Shown: positions 8,389 to 17,045, counted from the first letter of the stretch. The stretch is DNA of 48,795 nt from an uncultured Candidatus Saccharibacteria bacterium (GCA_964618365.1 CAZUAA010000001.1:1-48795), one strand, 5' to 3'. Numbers and translations are program-made. The notes: generated by a model from the letters alone, not told the origin.

Positions 8389-9003
8389 CTATATTTCCAA
8401 AACCTCGTCTTCGTTATCAGTGATGGTATATAATTTTATGTCTTCACTATTTATAGTCCCATATTTATTTAAGAGAACCTCCTCTATAATTTTTTCTATT
8501 GGTTCCCAATAATCTTTCCCAAATAAAATTAATGGAATTTTACCGATTTTACCAGTTTGTTCAAGTGTGAGTATCTCAAAAAGTTCATTTAATGTACCAA
8601 ATCCTCCTGGGCAGAATATACAAACTTCTGTTTCATAAGACATTGCAGACTGTCTTGAGAAGAAAAAATGAAAAGGGATTTCATTAGTTACATATTTATT
8701 TGTCTCTTGTTCTTTAGGGAGCTTGATAGTAAGCCCTACTGACTTTCCACCTGCTTCGTACGCACCTTTATTTGAAGCTTCCATTATTCCTCCTCCTCCA
8801 CCAGACATAACACTATAGTTCAATTCTTTAGAGATGCGATATGCCAAGTCTCTAACCTTAATATAATAAGGATGATCTTCTTTTAATCTTGCTGATCCGT
8901 AAAAAGTTACAGAAGGATTAAACTCTCTAACCTTTTCCATCCCTTGTTTAAATTCACTCTCTATTAAGTCTAATATTTTTTGCTCATCTTTATTTTCATT
9001 CAT
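8389..9003 (-). CDS. LOG family (TIGR00730-type) nucleotide phosphoribohydrolase
   Basis: Contains SGGGGGIMEA and the PGGFGTLNELFE signature. Confidence 0.85.
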   Translation of the reverse strand: MNENKDEQKILDLIESEFKQGMEKVREFNPSVTFYGSARLKEDHPYYIKVRDLAYRISKELNYSVMSGGGGGIMEASNKGAYEAGGKSVGLTIKLPKEQETNKYVTNEIPFHFFFSRQSAMSYETEVCIFCPGGFGTLNELFEILTLEQTGKIGKIPLILFGKDYWEPIEKIIEEVLLNKYGTINSEDIKLYTITDNEDEVLEI

Positions 9004-9129
9004 AAGATGGATTTTACATCAATATTACCTTTTTTTCAATTGTCTTTTATTGATTCTGTGGTAATATGATGGGGTAAAGAGATATTGCCAGTTCGTCTAA
9101 TGGTGGGAATGAAAAAGTAAATAGTTTAT

Positions 9130-9203
9130 TGGGAGATCGTCTAATGGTAGGACGACGGCTTCTGGAGCCGTCTATCTAGGTTCGAGTCCTAGTCTCCCAG
9201 CCA
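9130..9203 (+). tRNA. tRNA-Gln (CUG), CCA encoded
   Basis: Fold: TGGGAGA-TC-GTCT-AATGGT-AGGAC-G-ACGGC-TTCTGGA-GCCGT-CTAT-CTAGG-TTCGAGT-CCTAG-TCTCCCA-G-CCA. The U1-A72 pair is typical of bacterial tRNA-Gln. Confidence 0.9.
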
Positions 9204-9259
9204 ACTCGTGCGTTGCTCGAGACGCATTTGAGCTTTAAAATTAATAGTTTATTAAGATT

Positions 9260-9907
9260 ATGGCTTCTCAAAAATATCCACCATATGTAAATGCTTATGG
9301 AGGAATAAGTAAGGTTTTAGGAAAAATAAAAACAGCTAGTGTTCCAGGTAAATTTACTAGAGATTTTCTATCAACGGTTCTTGGTCTTAAATCTTCAAGT
9401 TATCATGCAATGATTCCGCTCTTTAAAAGACTCGGTTTTATTGATCAAGGTAATACTCCTACTCAACGTTATAAAGATTTTCGCTCTGAAAGCAAGTCTG
9501 GTTTTGTGATGGCAAAAGCAATTAAGGAAGCATATTCAGATATTTATAACGGAAATGAATATGCTCACCAGTTAGAAAAAGGACCTTTAATAGATTTAGT
9601 TTCTACTGTTACTGGTGCTGCAAAAGATGATGCTGCAATGCTATCTGTTGTGGGTACCTTTATGGAACTTGTAAAATTTGCTAGTTTTGATATTGGTGAT
9701 ATTCCTGAAGAAATTGGAGAAATAGATGATGAATCAGAAGAAGAGGTATCTCTTCCTAAAGAAAAAAATATAAATAAAGGAAGTGTTAAATTTGGTGTAT
9801 CTTATACTATTAATTTAAATCTTCCAGCAACAACAGAAGTAAAAGTTTTTGATTCTATTTTTAAAAGTCTCAAGAAAAATCTTCTTGATGATCAATCAAT
9901 ACAATGA
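9260..9907 (+). CDS. DUF5343-like protein (family recalled from memory)
   Basis: The N-terminus PPYVNAYGGISKVLGKIKTASVPGKFTRDFLSTVLGLKSSSYHAMIPLFKRLGF resembles DUF5343 proteins as I remember them. An acidic linker follows. The gene overlaps the next gene by 4 nt (ATGA). Confidence 0.5.
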   Translation: MASQKYPPYVNAYGGISKVLGKIKTASVPGKFTRDFLSTVLGLKSSSYHAMIPLFKRLGFIDQGNTPTQRYKDFRSESKSGFVMAKAIKEAYSDIYNGNEYAHQLEKGPLIDLVSTVTGAAKDDAAMLSVVGTFMELVKFASFDIGDIPEEIGEIDDESEEEVSLPKEKNINKGSVKFGVSYTINLNLPATTEVKVFDSIFKSLKKNLLDDQSIQ

Positions 9908-10479
9908 GACCAGAAGATAAAATAAAAATATTTGGTATACAAAACTTACTTCTAGAATCTGATTTATTAGATCTAGAAAAAGAAGGTCTTGATATTGGAC
10001 ATTCTCAGTCAATAAAAAAAGAGGAAGTAATTGATACCGAAGTTTTTGAAATTGATATTCGTAAGCAAGCGAAGCAAATGACGGGTATTTATTATCTTCT
10101 TTTTTGTTTAGAAAATTCTATAAGAAAAACTGTCTTGAATACTCTCAAGGATAAATATGGTGCAAATTGGTGGACTGTTAAAGTTCCTTCCACTGTACAG
10201 AAAAAGGTAACAAAAAGACAAGAGGACGAAAAAGATACACCATTTTCTGAAAGATCAAACGAGCCGATTTACTATAGTGATTTTTTAGATCTAATAGAAA
10301 TTATAGAGAATAATTGGATTGATTTTTCTGATACTTTTAGAAGTATGGAATCTATTAAATATACACTAAATGCCTTAAATATTTTACGTAGAAGTATTGC
10401 TCATAATTCTTTATTGGAAGAAGATGAAATACAAAGATTTAAATTGCATATAAAAGATTGGATACGCATACAAATGTAA
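9904..10479 (+). CDS. HEPN-domain protein (Swt1-like HEPN), putative RNase
   Basis: All-alpha protein with a C-terminal Rx4H motif (LRRSIAHNS, codons at 10387-10404). It is translationally coupled to the upstream gene. Confidence 0.6.
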   Translation: MRPEDKIKIFGIQNLLLESDLLDLEKEGLDIGHSQSIKKEEVIDTEVFEIDIRKQAKQMTGIYYLLFCLENSIRKTVLNTLKDKYGANWWTVKVPSTVQKKVTKRQEDEKDTPFSERSNEPIYYSDFLDLIEIIENNWIDFSDTFRSMESIKYTLNALNILRRSIAHNSLLEEDEIQRFKLHIKDWIRIQM

Positions 10480-10583
10480 ATATATTTTGGGTAGCTCGAG
10501 ATACGTCGTTTTAATATTACAAAAGTAGTAAAAATGACCTTACTGGGTAATGAGCTAAAAGGTTCTAGCTCGAGATACACAGC

Positions 10584-10650
10584 ATCCGATTTTAAGCTAT
10601 TTTTTATAAAGAAAATTAGGTTCGATTCATAGGTTGTTTTCTGGTATAAT
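10584..10650 (+). repeat. Copy A of a ~68-nt repeat carrying a tRNA T-arm-like motif and a -10 box
   Basis: The sequence agcatccgattttaagctattttttataaagaaaattaggttcgattcataggttgttttctggtataat aligns with 11366-11433. Confidence 0.7.
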
Positions 10651-10656
10651 ATTTTT

Positions 10657-11337
10657 ATGAATAAAGAATTTAAAGTTATTGATTTAACTCACACGATCCA
10701 TTCAGATATTCCAGGTTGGGATGGTGATTGTGGTTTTAAGATGGAACTCTCTTTGGATTATAAAGATTGCACACCTCCAGATATTTTTCGTAAACATGAT
10801 ATTTCTACACCTTGCGGTATTGGTACACATATTGATTCTCCATCACATGTAATTCCTGGTGGAAGAACAATAGACAAATTAACACTCGAAGAATTAGTAA
10901 CGGATTGCGTTGTTATTGATGTTAGTTCCGAAGCGGATGAAAATTATATTATTACTCCAGAAATTATTAAAAATTTTGAAAAAGAAAATGGAGAAATCGC
11001 ACATAATTCATTTGTGATTTTTTACACTGGTTGGGACAAATATTGGGAAACTTCTGAAAAATATATTAACAATCACATCTTTCCAAGTATCCATGAAGAT
11101 ACTGCGAAACTTCTTCTTGATAGAAAAATTTCAGGTTTAGGCACTGATACTCTTTCTGTGGATACTGGAGCTAATGGATTTCCCGTTCATAGAGCAATTC
11201 TAGGCGCAGACAAATATCTTGTAGAAAATGTTGCTAATGCAAAAGAATTACCACCTGTCGGAGCGAAGGTTTTAGTATTGCCATTAAAGATTAAAGATGG
11301 ATCAGAAGCACCTATTCGCTTGATTGCTTTGATATAA
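10657..11337 (+). CDS. Putative cyclase family protein (kynurenine formamidase-like)
   Basis: Contains the metal-binding motif GIGTHIDSPSHV (HxGTHxDxPxH-like), and the length is typical of the family. Confidence 0.75.
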   Translation: MNKEFKVIDLTHTIHSDIPGWDGDCGFKMELSLDYKDCTPPDIFRKHDISTPCGIGTHIDSPSHVIPGGRTIDKLTLEELVTDCVVIDVSSEADENYIITPEIIKNFEKENGEIAHNSFVIFYTGWDKYWETSEKYINNHIFPSIHEDTAKLLLDRKISGLGTDTLSVDTGANGFPVHRAILGADKYLVENVANAKELPPVGAKVLVLPLKIKDGSEAPIRLIALI

Positions 11338-11365
11338 AAGTTCGGATACTGTCCCAGACTCCCAG

Positions 11366-11433
11366 CACCCGTTTTTAAGCTATATTTTACAAAGGGAATT
11401 AGGTTCGATTCCTATATGGTTTTTTGTTATAAT
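11366..11433 (+). repeat. Copy B of the T-arm-like / promoter repeat
   Basis: The sequence agcacccgtttttaagctatattttacaaagggaattaggttcgattcctatatggttttttgttataat aligns with 10584-10650. Confidence 0.7.
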
Positions 11434-11439
11434 AAAAAT

Positions 11440-12132
11440 ATGAATGAACAAATTAAAATAAATACTAATTCTGACCTTAATAGGAATAATAAAATTGAAG
11501 AATCTGAAAAAAATAAAATAAGAAAAAGGTTAGGGCAATTTTTTGATGATAGTCCGGAAACACAAGAAAGATTTTTTAAATCAATAAATATTTTTATTAA
11601 AAATGGTATTTTAGATGCGAAAACAGATTCTAATCTAAGAGAATATTTAAAAATTAAAGACAAGAATGAGTTTATTGATAAAGCAATAATTGTTTTTGAG
11701 CCATTTTTAAAAATGAAGATATTAGACCCAGTATTAGTAGAAAAAGTATCAAGAGAATCTTTTTTAGAGCAAGGTAATTTTATAAAATTAAATGAAATTT
11801 TATCTTATGGTATAGATGATGATAGTGCCCATATTCATTTAGCTCCTTTAAAGGAATTACTTAGAGAATTTGGTAAAGAAAAAATATTATATTTTATAAA
11901 GGAGGGTTTGGAAAAATTGGCAGAAGTTTTTAGGGAGAATGAAAATTTAAAAAAGGTTACAGCCACTTCACCTGTTGTTGTAAATAACCCAGAGTATTTA
12001 ACTGGTTTTGGTTTTATTTTGAATGGATTAGTGAATGAAGAAGATAAAGAAAAATACTGGAGAGGAGAGACTAGAGATGTTGGTGAGGCTGAGATGTCAC
12101 GAGATAGACTTTTAGAATATTTAAATAATTAA
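11440..12132 (+). CDS. Hypothetical protein; start moved to the ATG 6 nt after the tataat box
   Basis: The ORF-track start at 11416 reads through the -10 box (11428-11433). The ATG at 11440 fits the recurrent TATAAT-N6-ATG pattern. Confidence 0.6.
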   Translation: MNEQIKINTNSDLNRNNKIEESEKNKIRKRLGQFFDDSPETQERFFKSINIFIKNGILDAKTDSNLREYLKIKDKNEFIDKAIIVFEPFLKMKILDPVLVEKVSRESFLEQGNFIKLNEILSYGIDDDSAHIHLAPLKELLREFGKEKILYFIKEGLEKLAEVFRENENLKKVTATSPVVVNNPEYLTGFGFILNGLVNEEDKEKYWRGETRDVGEAEMSRDRLLEYLNN

Positions 12133-12167
12133 GATAGGGGTTTGAGATAGAGGTCTCGCCTATATCC

Positions 12168-12208
12168 AGGAGGTTTTTTAAAGATAGATGGGGTGGTATA
12201 ATAGGGGA
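12168..12208 (+). promoter_or_regulatory. Extended -10 promoter cassette (T-run, then gatggggTGgTATAAT)
   Basis: 47 nt are identical to 13145-13191. The TGgTATAAT box has its hexamer at 12197-12202, 6 nt before the ATG at 12209. Confidence 0.65.
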
Positions 12209-12568
12209 ATGGAAGATTTAAGAGAAACTTTTTATAAATTAGAGACTGATTTGTTAAAGCCAGAAGTTAGGAGTTCTAAAGAAAAGCTCGATGAGCTTAT
12301 TGCTCCTGATTTCATAGAGTATGGTAGTTCAGGACTCGTTTATGACAAAAATGATATTTTAGAAAGATTGCCCAATGGGGATTCTCCAGTTTATACTTTA
12401 TCTGATTTTGAAATATTTATTCTTTCAGAAAATGTCGTTCAAACCAGATTTAAGACAGATAGGGTAGATAAGGATGGGAGTACGACATCTTCTTTTAGAA
12501 GTTCTCTGTGGAGAAAAGAAAATAATAAATGGCAAATGTTTTTCCACCAAGGGACAGTAATTAAATAA
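12209..12568 (+). CDS. DUF4440 / NTF2-like (SnoaL fold) protein; start revised
   Basis: Contains LIAPDFIEYGSSGLVYDK and the C-terminal WQMFFHQGT typical of DUF4440. The ORF-track start at 12188 lies inside the promoter repeat. Confidence 0.7.
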   Translation: MEDLRETFYKLETDLLKPEVRSSKEKLDELIAPDFIEYGSSGLVYDKNDILERLPNGDSPVYTLSDFEIFILSENVVQTRFKTDRVDKDGSTTSSFRSSLWRKENNKWQMFFHQGTVIK

Positions 12569-12572
12569 AAAT

Positions 12573-13100
12573 ATGAATGAAATAGAAGTAAAAGCTAAAG
12601 CACAAGATTTTGATTTGTTGATAGTTAATCTAAAGGAATTAGGTTGTACACTTTCTGAGCCTATAGTACAAGACGACTATATTTATCAAAAGAAAGATGG
12701 TGGTAAAGAAAAAGGTTTTCCAGTATTGAGAATAAGAAAACAAAATAAAAAAATATTATTTACTCTAAAGAAAAATCGTAGTAATGAACTTGATTGTATA
12801 GAAAAAGAAATAGAGGTAAATAATGATATTATTCTTAGTGAAATTATAGAATTACTTGATTATACTAAAACGGTAGAGGTTCATAAGAAAAGAATTAAGA
12901 CTAATTATAAAGATTATGAAATATGTTTAGATTCTGTAGATAATTTGGGTTATTTTATAGAAGTAGAAAAAATGTCAGATGAGGATGGTGAGAAAATCCA
13001 AAATGAACTTTTTGATTTTTTAGAAACGATAGGTATTAAAAAAGAAGATCGAGTTTTCAAAGGATATGATACCCTTTTGTTGGAGAAAAATAATATTTAA
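12573..13100 (+). CDS. CYTH-domain protein (class IV adenylate cyclase / triphosphatase-like)
   Basis: N-terminal EIEVKA motif, followed by alternating charged beta-strand motifs (RIRK, FTLK, EIEV, FIEVE). Confidence 0.65.
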   Translation: MNEIEVKAKAQDFDLLIVNLKELGCTLSEPIVQDDYIYQKKDGGKEKGFPVLRIRKQNKKILFTLKKNRSNELDCIEKEIEVNNDIILSEIIELLDYTKTVEVHKKRIKTNYKDYEICLDSVDNLGYFIEVEKMSDEDGEKIQNELFDFLETIGIKKEDRVFKGYDTLLLEKNNI

Positions 13101-13144
13101 TTATTTTTTAAATTTTTAGATATAGGTTTAACATCCCTCTATCT

Positions 13145-13185
13145 AGGAGGTTTTTTAAAGATAGATGGGGTGGTATAATAGGGGA
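13145..13185 (+). promoter_or_regulatory. Second copy of the extended -10 promoter cassette
   Basis: Identical to 12168-12208. The TATAAT box at 13174-13179 lies 6 nt before the ATG at 13186. Confidence 0.65.
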
Positions 13186-13770
13186 ATGGAATTTGGGATT
13201 AAAAATAATTTTGAAAATAAAGAGAAATTGCCGATAGTAGAGACTGTCCGAGCGGCGCTCCTTTATCGTGGAAAATTTTTATTATTAGAAAAGTCTGCGG
13301 ATTCTAAAAATCCCGGAGCTCTTGAATTCCCAGGTGGGAAAATAGATGATATAAAAGGGAAAGATTCTACTTTAGAAGAGCAGGTTCTATCAGTCACAAA
13401 AGAAGTAGAAGAAGAAACAGGTATATCAGTATCTAATTTACCGGCTGAAAAGATTGAAAGTTTTGAAAGTTATTTTGAGTCTGTAAGTAAAGATGGTGAT
13501 ATAAAAAAGTTTAAAAGAATAACTCATCTTTTTCTTATTAAACTTATCGATGATAATGAGATAGAATTAAAGGTTAATCAGACTAAAAATGAAAAAGGAG
13601 AATCTGAAGATAATCATAAAGGTTTTAAGTGGGTCCTCCCAGAAGAGCTTGTAAATATGGCTGTTTCATTAGAAGATAATCCTGATACAGGTAAACATTT
13701 TCATCCATTATCTAGAAATTCTAGACATATAAAGAAATTATTAATTAATACTGGATATATAGAACAATAA
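13186..13770 (+). CDS. NUDIX hydrolase; start revised
   Basis: Nudix box FPGGKIDD...TLEEQVLSVTKEVEEETGI. The ORF-track start at 13165 lies in the promoter repeat. Confidence 0.75.
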   Translation: MEFGIKNNFENKEKLPIVETVRAALLYRGKFLLLEKSADSKNPGALEFPGGKIDDIKGKDSTLEEQVLSVTKEVEEETGISVSNLPAEKIESFESYFESVSKDGDIKKFKRITHLFLIKLIDDNEIELKVNQTKNEKGESEDNHKGFKWVLPEELVNMAVSLEDNPDTGKHFHPLSRNSRHIKKLLINTGYIEQ

Positions 13771-13815
13771 TATAAAAATATATAAGATCATTCTTATGTA
13801 TTTTTATATTATTTA

Positions 13816-13983
13816 TTAATCCAATTTAACCCATTTATGGCTATTTTTTCTATTACTACATTCAGCACATTTGTAATCTTCTGGTAAATCTTCCCATTTC
13901 GTCCCTGGGGCTATGCCTCTTCTTTCATCTCCTTTTGCTTCATCGTATATCCACCCGCAATCCATACATCGATATCTAGACAT
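13816..13983 (-). CDS. Rubredoxin (55 aa; not in the ORF track because it is under 60 aa)
   Basis: Translation: MSRYRCMDCGWIYDEAKGDERRGIAPGTKWEDLPEDYKCAECSNRKNSHKWVKLD. It has both CxxC knuckles and the conserved GIAPGTxWEDLPxDYxC core. Confidence 0.9.
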   Translation of the reverse strand: MSRYRCMDCGWIYDEAKGDERRGIAPGTKWEDLPEDYKCAECSNRKNSHKWVKLD

Positions 13984-14054
13984 AATATTTATAAGTTGTT
14001 TATTTCTAATACTTTTAATTATATACGATTATCTGATATAATAAAAATACCAAT

Positions 14055-14414
14055 ATGGAAAAAATAGAATTTAGACAAACTCCGGAAAGGAGAATTAAAA
14101 GTTTTCTGCAAGATTATTCTAATAATTTTATGGCCCTTCAAAAGATATTTCAATCAGGGGGGATTGATAAAATTCGCAAGATTATTAGAGATGGCTATGA
14201 AATACCTACAATTTTAGAATACATAGATCAGTGTAATGAAGAGGGAAGGATATCAGTAGAAGAGGAAGATAAAGAAAACCCTTTATTTATTGAAAAAGGA
14301 GAAAAGTTAAGTGAATTAGCTAAAGAAATAAATTCAATTAAAGATAGTGATGATATTGACGATAAAAGATTTTCTGAAATTTTATATGAATTAGATAATA
14401 TTATATATAAATAA
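14055..14414 (+). CDS. Hypothetical acidic protein
   Basis: ORF followed by a bidirectional terminator. No recognisable motif. Confidence 0.55.
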   Translation: MEKIEFRQTPERRIKSFLQDYSNNFMALQKIFQSGGIDKIRKIIRDGYEIPTILEYIDQCNEEGRISVEEEDKENPLFIEKGEKLSELAKEINSIKDSDDIDDKRFSEILYELDNIIYK

Positions 14415-14421
14415 AAGTAAT

Positions 14422-14458
14422 AAAAAAAGAGGCTTAACTTGCGTTAAGCCTCTTTTTC
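14422..14458. terminator. Bidirectional intrinsic terminator between convergent genes
   Basis: A-run, stem agaggcttaac, loop ttgc, stem gttaagcctct, T-run. Confidence 0.85.
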
Positions 14459-14663
14459 ATTTTGCTTTTCCTCCTTTATATTCTTTTGATGAATTTTCAA
14501 ATGAAGAGAAAAATAAAGAAGAAACTAAAAATACAATAAATGATATACCTATTGATATCCATAAACTCATATCAATAGCTAACCACATTACGGCAAATAC
14601 AAAGAGGCTCACAATTAATGGTATTCCAAAGGCCCCTTTTTGTTCCTTTGTAAAAAATTTCAT
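14457..14663 (-). CDS. Small membrane protein (two TM helices)
   Basis: 68-aa hydrophobic ORF that ends at the terminator. Confidence 0.5.
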   Translation of the reverse strand: MKFFTKEQKGAFGIPLIVSLFVFAVMWLAIDMSLWISIGISFIVFLVSSLFFSSFENSSKEYKGGKAK

Positions 14664-14761
14664 AGGTTATAATTTAAAATTTCTTCAATCATACTACTTT
14701 TTAATCTTTTGGCAAGGTTTTAAATAATCAAAAATCCGGCCATTTTTTAGGATGGTCGGAT

Positions 14762-15235
14762 TTAAAATATTTTCAATATTCCTAGAGATGCTAGTGATAT
14801 TGTCGTTGAGCAAATAATATTACTCAGAATGAATAATATCCATGTTTTTATATCAGGAATACCGTTCCACCTGTTATTTCCTTTACGAAAATAAATTGCA
14901 GTAGGGGCAGGATCTAAAAAGACAATAACATAAACAGCAATTTTACTAATTCCTAAAAGAACTTTAATAATTTTTGCTATTACTGTCTCATTTTCATTTT
15001 CGATTTTAGCTTTAATGGCTTCTATCCCAAAAATATCAACCTTATTTTTATCATAAGTTTTGATTATCAAATATCTTATAATAAAAGTTGAAGGGATAAC
15101 TATTAAAAGGGTTATATTTAGATTACCTTCGAATATTTGGGTAATTATAAAGATAAATCCTTTTATTAAAATTTCATAGAGCACAAGTATCCCTATTGCA
15201 AGAAATACCTTCTTTATAATTAATATAAATTTCAA
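14762..15235 (-). CDS. Hypothetical integral membrane protein, TTG start with a canonical SD
   Basis: aaaaGGAGGTGaaaaTTG lies immediately upstream (SD at 15240-15246). There are several TM helices and a hairpin plus T-run at the stop. Confidence 0.7.
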   Translation of the reverse strand: MKFILIIKKVFLAIGILVLYEILIKGFIFIITQIFEGNLNITLLIVIPSTFIIRYLIIKTYDKNKVDIFGIEAIKAKIENENETVIAKIIKVLLGISKIAVYVIVFLDPAPTAIYFRKGNNRWNGIPDIKTWILFILSNIICSTTISLASLGILKIF

Positions 15236-15357
15236 TTTTCACCTCCTTTTTAAAATGTTTAACTTACCTAAACACTAGCATTTTGGGGGGATAAGGCAAG
15301 AGCCCCCAGATTTTGGCCGAGATGCCCAGCTTTTATATTCTATGCTATAATAAAACT

Positions 15358-15843
15358 ATGAATTTTATAACGCCAGGGTTGTTTTGTTTCACTTACATAG
15401 TCTTTTTTTATTTATTCGGATTGTTTTTTGAGACGGAGGTTTCTTTATCAAAAAGATCTATTATTTCTCTTATTATTATTGCGATTTTAAGTTTTATTAC
15501 TTATGAAATCGCTTTTATGATTCCCAGTCTTGAAATAGGCAATCGCTTCTTGCATGGGGTTGGTGGGGGATTTATGTCATCACTTCTTTCTTTTCTCGTT
15601 TTTAAAGATACAAAAATTCAGGTTTCTAAATTTCAATTTTTCTTTTTCACATTTCTTATTGTTTCCACGTTAGGAGTTTTCAATGAAATTCTAGAATTCT
15701 TCTTGCAAAATTATGCTCACAAAATATTTGCAATAAATTCAAAGGACACTTGGCTAGACCTTATAAGCAATACCGTTGGAGCTATAATTTCAGGCCTTAT
15801 TTTGATGAATTTTATAAAAAGGGGTAAACCTATACTCAAATAG
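15358..15843 (+). CDS. Hypothetical integral membrane protein; start revised
   Basis: tgcTATAAT (hexamer at 15346-15351), then 6 nt, then the ATG at 15358. The ORF-track start at 15313 reads through the -10 box. Confidence 0.6.
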   Translation: MNFITPGLFCFTYIVFFYLFGLFFETEVSLSKRSIISLIIIAILSFITYEIAFMIPSLEIGNRFLHGVGGGFMSSLLSFLVFKDTKIQVSKFQFFFFTFLIVSTLGVFNEILEFFLQNYAHKIFAINSKDTWLDLISNTVGAIISGLILMNFIKRGKPILK

Positions 15844-15909
15844 TCGTATTTGGTATAATTATATTAGTTATTAGTTAGTCTATCTGCTTTTATGGCAGAT
15901 AAATGAAAT

Positions 15910-16617
15910 ATGAATTTTACATTTAAAATGGGTTTGAAAATTAAAGAAGCTTGGGTTTTGTGGAAGACAGTTTTTGTGAATATGTTTTTACTTTTTGTTG
16001 CATCTTTTGTCATACAGTGGGTAATAAGTATGATGTCAAAAAATGATTACAGTCTCCAGTCTATTATTGTGAGTTTAATTTCTATTGTTATCAATGTAAT
16101 AATTTCCTTTATTTGGATTAAAGTTTCCTTAGAAGCCGTAGATGGAAAAGGTTTTGAACCATTTAAGAAAGAAAATATACCAAACCTAAGTAAGATTTGG
16201 AATTTTATTAAAACTGCTATACTAGTTTTCTTGTGTGTTTTAGCTGGATTTATACTACTTATTATTCCAGCTTTTTATGTATCTTCTAGATTATTACCAG
16301 CGATGTATCTTTCAGTTGAAAAATCGCAAGGTGCTAGACAAAACATAAAAGAAGCATGGGAAAAGACAAGGGGTAATGGATGGAAAATATTTTGGAAGAG
16401 TTTTTTGATGGCATTATTTGGATTATTAGGATTTTTACTACTTATAGTTGGAGCTTTTGTAACTGTCCCTATGTTTATTTTGTTAAAGGCAATGCTTTAT
16501 CGAGAAATTATGAAAATAGGAAATGTGACCTCAAATCAAGATTCTGTTAGAGAAGCTGAAGTTATTAAAGAAGAGGTAAGAGAAGAACCTATGCAAAATT
16601 TAGGACAAGTGAACTAG
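15910..16617 (+). CDS. Hypothetical integral membrane protein
   Basis: 235-aa ORF with four to five TM helices and an acidic C-terminal tail. Confidence 0.6.
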   Translation: MNFTFKMGLKIKEAWVLWKTVFVNMFLLFVASFVIQWVISMMSKNDYSLQSIIVSLISIVINVIISFIWIKVSLEAVDGKGFEPFKKENIPNLSKIWNFIKTAILVFLCVLAGFILLIIPAFYVSSRLLPAMYLSVEKSQGARQNIKEAWEKTRGNGWKIFWKSFLMALFGLLGFLLLIVGAFVTVPMFILLKAMLYREIMKIGNVTSNQDSVREAEVIKEEVREEPMQNLGQVN

Positions 16618-16647
16618 TCGATTATTATAAATTTAAATTTATAAATT

Positions 16648-17043
16648 ATGAAAAAAGGATTCAAAGAAAATATTGAGAGATTAACAGAAGAAAATAGTAA
16701 TTTCAGAAAAGTATTGTACACTGGATCGAATTCTCAGCTTGTACTTATGAGTCTACTTCCTAATGAAGAAATTGGGATGGAAATTCATGATGGTAATGAT
16801 CAATTCTTTAGGTTTGAGAAAGGTAGTGGTAAGGTTATTATAGATGCTACAGAATATGAAGTGAAAGACGGAGATGCAGTTGTTGTACCTATGGGGGCAA
16901 GGCATAATGTTATAGCAGGGGATGAGGGACTTAAACTTTATACAATTTATTCTCCAGCACACCACAAGGATGGAATAGTAAGAGAGACTAAAGATGAAGC
17001 TGAACATAACGAAGAAGAATTTGATGGTAAGACCACTGAATAA
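16648..17043 (+). CDS. Cupin domain protein
   Basis: Cupin motifs GMEIHDGNDQFFRFEKGSG and GDAVVVPMGARHNV. Confidence 0.75.
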   Translation: MKKGFKENIERLTEENSNFRKVLYTGSNSQLVLMSLLPNEEIGMEIHDGNDQFFRFEKGSGKVIIDATEYEVKDGDAVVVPMGARHNVIAGDEGLKLYTIYSPAHHKDGIVRETKDEAEHNEEEFDGKTTE

Positions 17044-17045
17044 TA

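Noticed and set aside
9121-9253. 10-nt direct repeat atagtttatt flanking tRNA-Gln
   Set aside because: It is short and AT-rich, so it is compatible with chance in this composition.
12188-13188. Shared N-terminal peptide MGWYNRGM on two ORF-track proteins
   Set aside because: It is the translation of the ggggtggtataat promoter cassette. The real starts are most likely the downstream ATGs at 12209 and 13186.
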